From contig CAYJWY010000006.1 of NCBI GenBank assembly GCA_964374035.1, positions 1-38,155 on the forward strand: a DNA stretch of 38,155 bases. Reading direction: 5' to 3'. Shown here in pieces: positions 36,325-38,155 of the stretch. Below the pieces are notes generated by a model. That model was given only the letters and a program-made list of their open reading frames with translations, did not search any database and was not told the origin of the DNA. Source of the DNA: an uncultured Gammaproteobacteria bacterium. GTDB lineage: Bacteria > Patescibacteriota > Patescibacteriia > UBA9934 > GWF2-40-263. Every line of letters starts with the position of its first letter. Position 1 is the stretch's first letter. A program made the translations under genes and the position numbers.

Positions 36325-37255
36325 ACCCAGACCCCTGCGTTCGTGTGGGCGCCGTGATGGAAGATTCGGCTTTCGATGCGTTGTCACCGAATGCCTGATG
36401 GACGTAGATCGCAACGCCAGAGAGAACAATCGCGACTCCGGTGGCCGCGATCGACGTGTAGCCAAAACCATTCACCGTCGACTGCAAGCCACGCAGATCC
36501 TTGTCAGATGTTCCCTTGTCGTTGAACTGACTCTTCTTGTACATCGCCGCGCCGTAGAACCCAGCCGCGATCACGGCTGAGACACCCGAGGCGATCAGCC
36601 ACGGCTCTTCCTTTTTCCACAGCGGCACCGTGTCGATGCCCAGGTCCGTGGCCGTAATCCCCATCGGATTATTCAGCCCCCAGTTGGGCAGGGTTTCGCC
36701 CGGTTGCACATAGCGTGTCTCGAGAACCTTGTTCGTCGAGTCAAACACTTGCACGATGACCGGCGAATCCTTGAATCGAGGCGCATTGCGCACACCGCCC
36801 ACCGTGACAGAGCCACCAATGGGCGGATACACGAGCTCGCGCTGACCATCATCCGTCATTTCTGCCTCGATGTAGAGCTTGCGCAGTGGATGATCAGGCC
36901 CCGCGAAGTCTTCCGGCAGAACATAGCCGGGAGCCAGCTTACGCGCCGCATGAAACTCACGACGAACCCGCATCTCGTTGCGGTGCGTGAACGCCTCAAG
37001 CGCCATCAGTCGATGGAACGCCGAAGCGTCCGCAGTGGTAAGCGCATCGCTCAGGCACGGCACGATCTCCTCGCGAGCGAAGGTCGAAACCTTCAGCAAG
37101 CCAGCCAGATCGATATCCGCGAACGCCTTCTCGCCAGCGAGCCCGGCTTCCCCGAGCTGTTTGACCGTGGTGGGAGTCTTGCAGGTCTTGGCCGAAACGG
37201 CCGAAACCGGCAACATCATGGAAAAAACGATCAGAAACAAGATGCGAGCGTTCAT
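36311..37255 (-). CDS. Exported protein with C-terminal TM/Gly-rich hairpin, coupled to the kinase
   Basis: Start ATG 37255 with SD GGAGG; signal peptide; overlaps the kinase start by 14 nt. Confidence 0.75.
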   Translation of the reverse strand: MNARILFLIVFSMMLPVSAVSAKTCKTPTTVKQLGEAGLAGEKAFADIDLAGLLKVSTFAREEIVPCLSDALTTADASAFHRLMALEAFTHRNEMRVRREFHAARKLAPGYVLPEDFAGPDHPLRKLYIEAEMTDDGQRELVYPPIGGSVTVGGVRNAPRFKDSPVIVQVFDSTNKVLETRYVQPGETLPNWGLNNPMGITATDLGIDTVPLWKKEEPWLIASGVSAVIAAGFYGAAMYKKSQFNDKGTSDKDLRGLQSTVNGFGYTSIAATGVAIVLSGVAIYVHQAFGDNASKAESSITAPTRTQGSGYVER

Positions 37256-37458
37256 GAATTCCTCCAGGTTGGACACAATGGACACAAAGAAACGTGAAAA
37301 GAACAGAGGGAATTTTTACCAGAAACAAGCCCTCAAGTCAATAATACCCCTTCTCACCATGTAAACAAGTGTTACGGACAAACATCTAAAAACGCCATCC
37401 CAAAAACTCTTCATGGAGCCAGAGACGGATCAAATTGTTTCCTCTTGCCATCAACCTT

Positions 37459-38016
37459 CTAACGAAGAACTTCTGCGGTGGATCGATCCTCAATACTTGG
37501 ATTAAAAACAAGAGACTTGAGAATGGCCTCTTGTTGTGTCTGCACAGAAACGGGCAACCAAATGGAGACAATATACAAAGAATCTTCTCCTTGGATCTCA
37601 GAGGTGAGAACCTGCCGACTTCCCTGCTCTTGCGTCACAACGTCATGCACATCAAATGTGTATCCACCAACATCCGTTGTTGAGGTGGCTTTGGAAAAAC
37701 GCGCATCCTTTGCAAGCCAATCTTGATAGGCAATAGGTTCGCCCTCAAATGTTTCGGCGATTTCTACGGAGATCGTCATGGACACGTCTGTTGAAGAGCC
37801 AATTTCAATCACACTTGCGCTCCCCCCGTCTTTTTGTACAACGCTCCAGTCAGATGGCGCTGAAAAAACAAGCAAATTATTGCTCATGACATAACGCGTG
37901 GTCGCAAGAGATGTTTCATTTGCCTGTGTATCGAGCGAACTCGATACTGTTGAAGAACTTGCACATCCGGCGCCGAGCAAGATGAACGGCGTAAGAAAAA
38001 AGAGTATGCGTTTCAT
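37459..38016 (-). CDS. Lipoprotein (PsbP-like fold possible)
   Basis: MKRILFF...LLGAGC lipobox, FSAPSDW motif and ILKSLVF C-terminal motif. Confidence 0.75.
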   Translation of the reverse strand: MKRILFFLTPFILLGAGCASSSTVSSSLDTQANETSLATTRYVMSNNLLVFSAPSDWSVVQKDGGSASVIEIGSSTDVSMTISVEIAETFEGEPIAYQDWLAKDARFSKATSTTDVGGYTFDVHDVVTQEQGSRQVLTSEIQGEDSLYIVSIWLPVSVQTQQEAILKSLVFNPSIEDRSTAEVLR

Positions 38017-38155
38017 AATCGATGATTCGTGAGTAAGATTCAACCATAACGAAAAAAATTGATGGAGTCAACAGTCAAAAACAAGAGGCCTTAAATAAAG
38101 AGATCGCCCCTGCTCTTATGACCATCGTCGCACACGTTTATCCCCATTTTGTCAT

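Noticed and set aside
38118..38155. Possible start of a + strand gene (MTIVAHVYPHFV...)
   Set aside because: Only 12 codons are visible at the window edge, too few to support a call.

Overview
The window looks like a Patescibacteria/CPR chromosome segment, probably ABY1/Uhrbacteria-like. This is inferred from the gene repertoire, the LLGAGC lipobox and the short-leader promoters. Housekeeping genes are rseP (partial), an M20 hydrolase, tyrS, a HAD-IIB hydrolase, lemA-htpX-clpC, radA, recG, comF, serS and three tRNAs (Arg-GCG, Ser-TGA, Ser-GCT). Five accessory features stand out. (1) An operon encodes a beta-propeller protein, DsbA and two paralogous Cys-rich, pilin-like proteins whose C-termini are different peptidoglycan hydrolases (SLT transglycosylase and M15 peptidase). 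(2) A RAYT/Y1 HUH transposase is bracketed by a 29-bp inverted motif, with duplications of several sizes starting at the motif end. (3) A family of long fold-back elements abuts the tRNA ends, with conserved internal motifs and fixed spacing. (4) A PrgI/VirB4/VirB6-like secretion cluster runs into comF and a fatty-acid desaturase. (5) GC-richer genes with Shine-Dalgarno sites and myxobacterial flavour encode an M23 lipoprotein and a Ser/Thr kinase with a partner. All calls come from reading motifs; no database searches were run.
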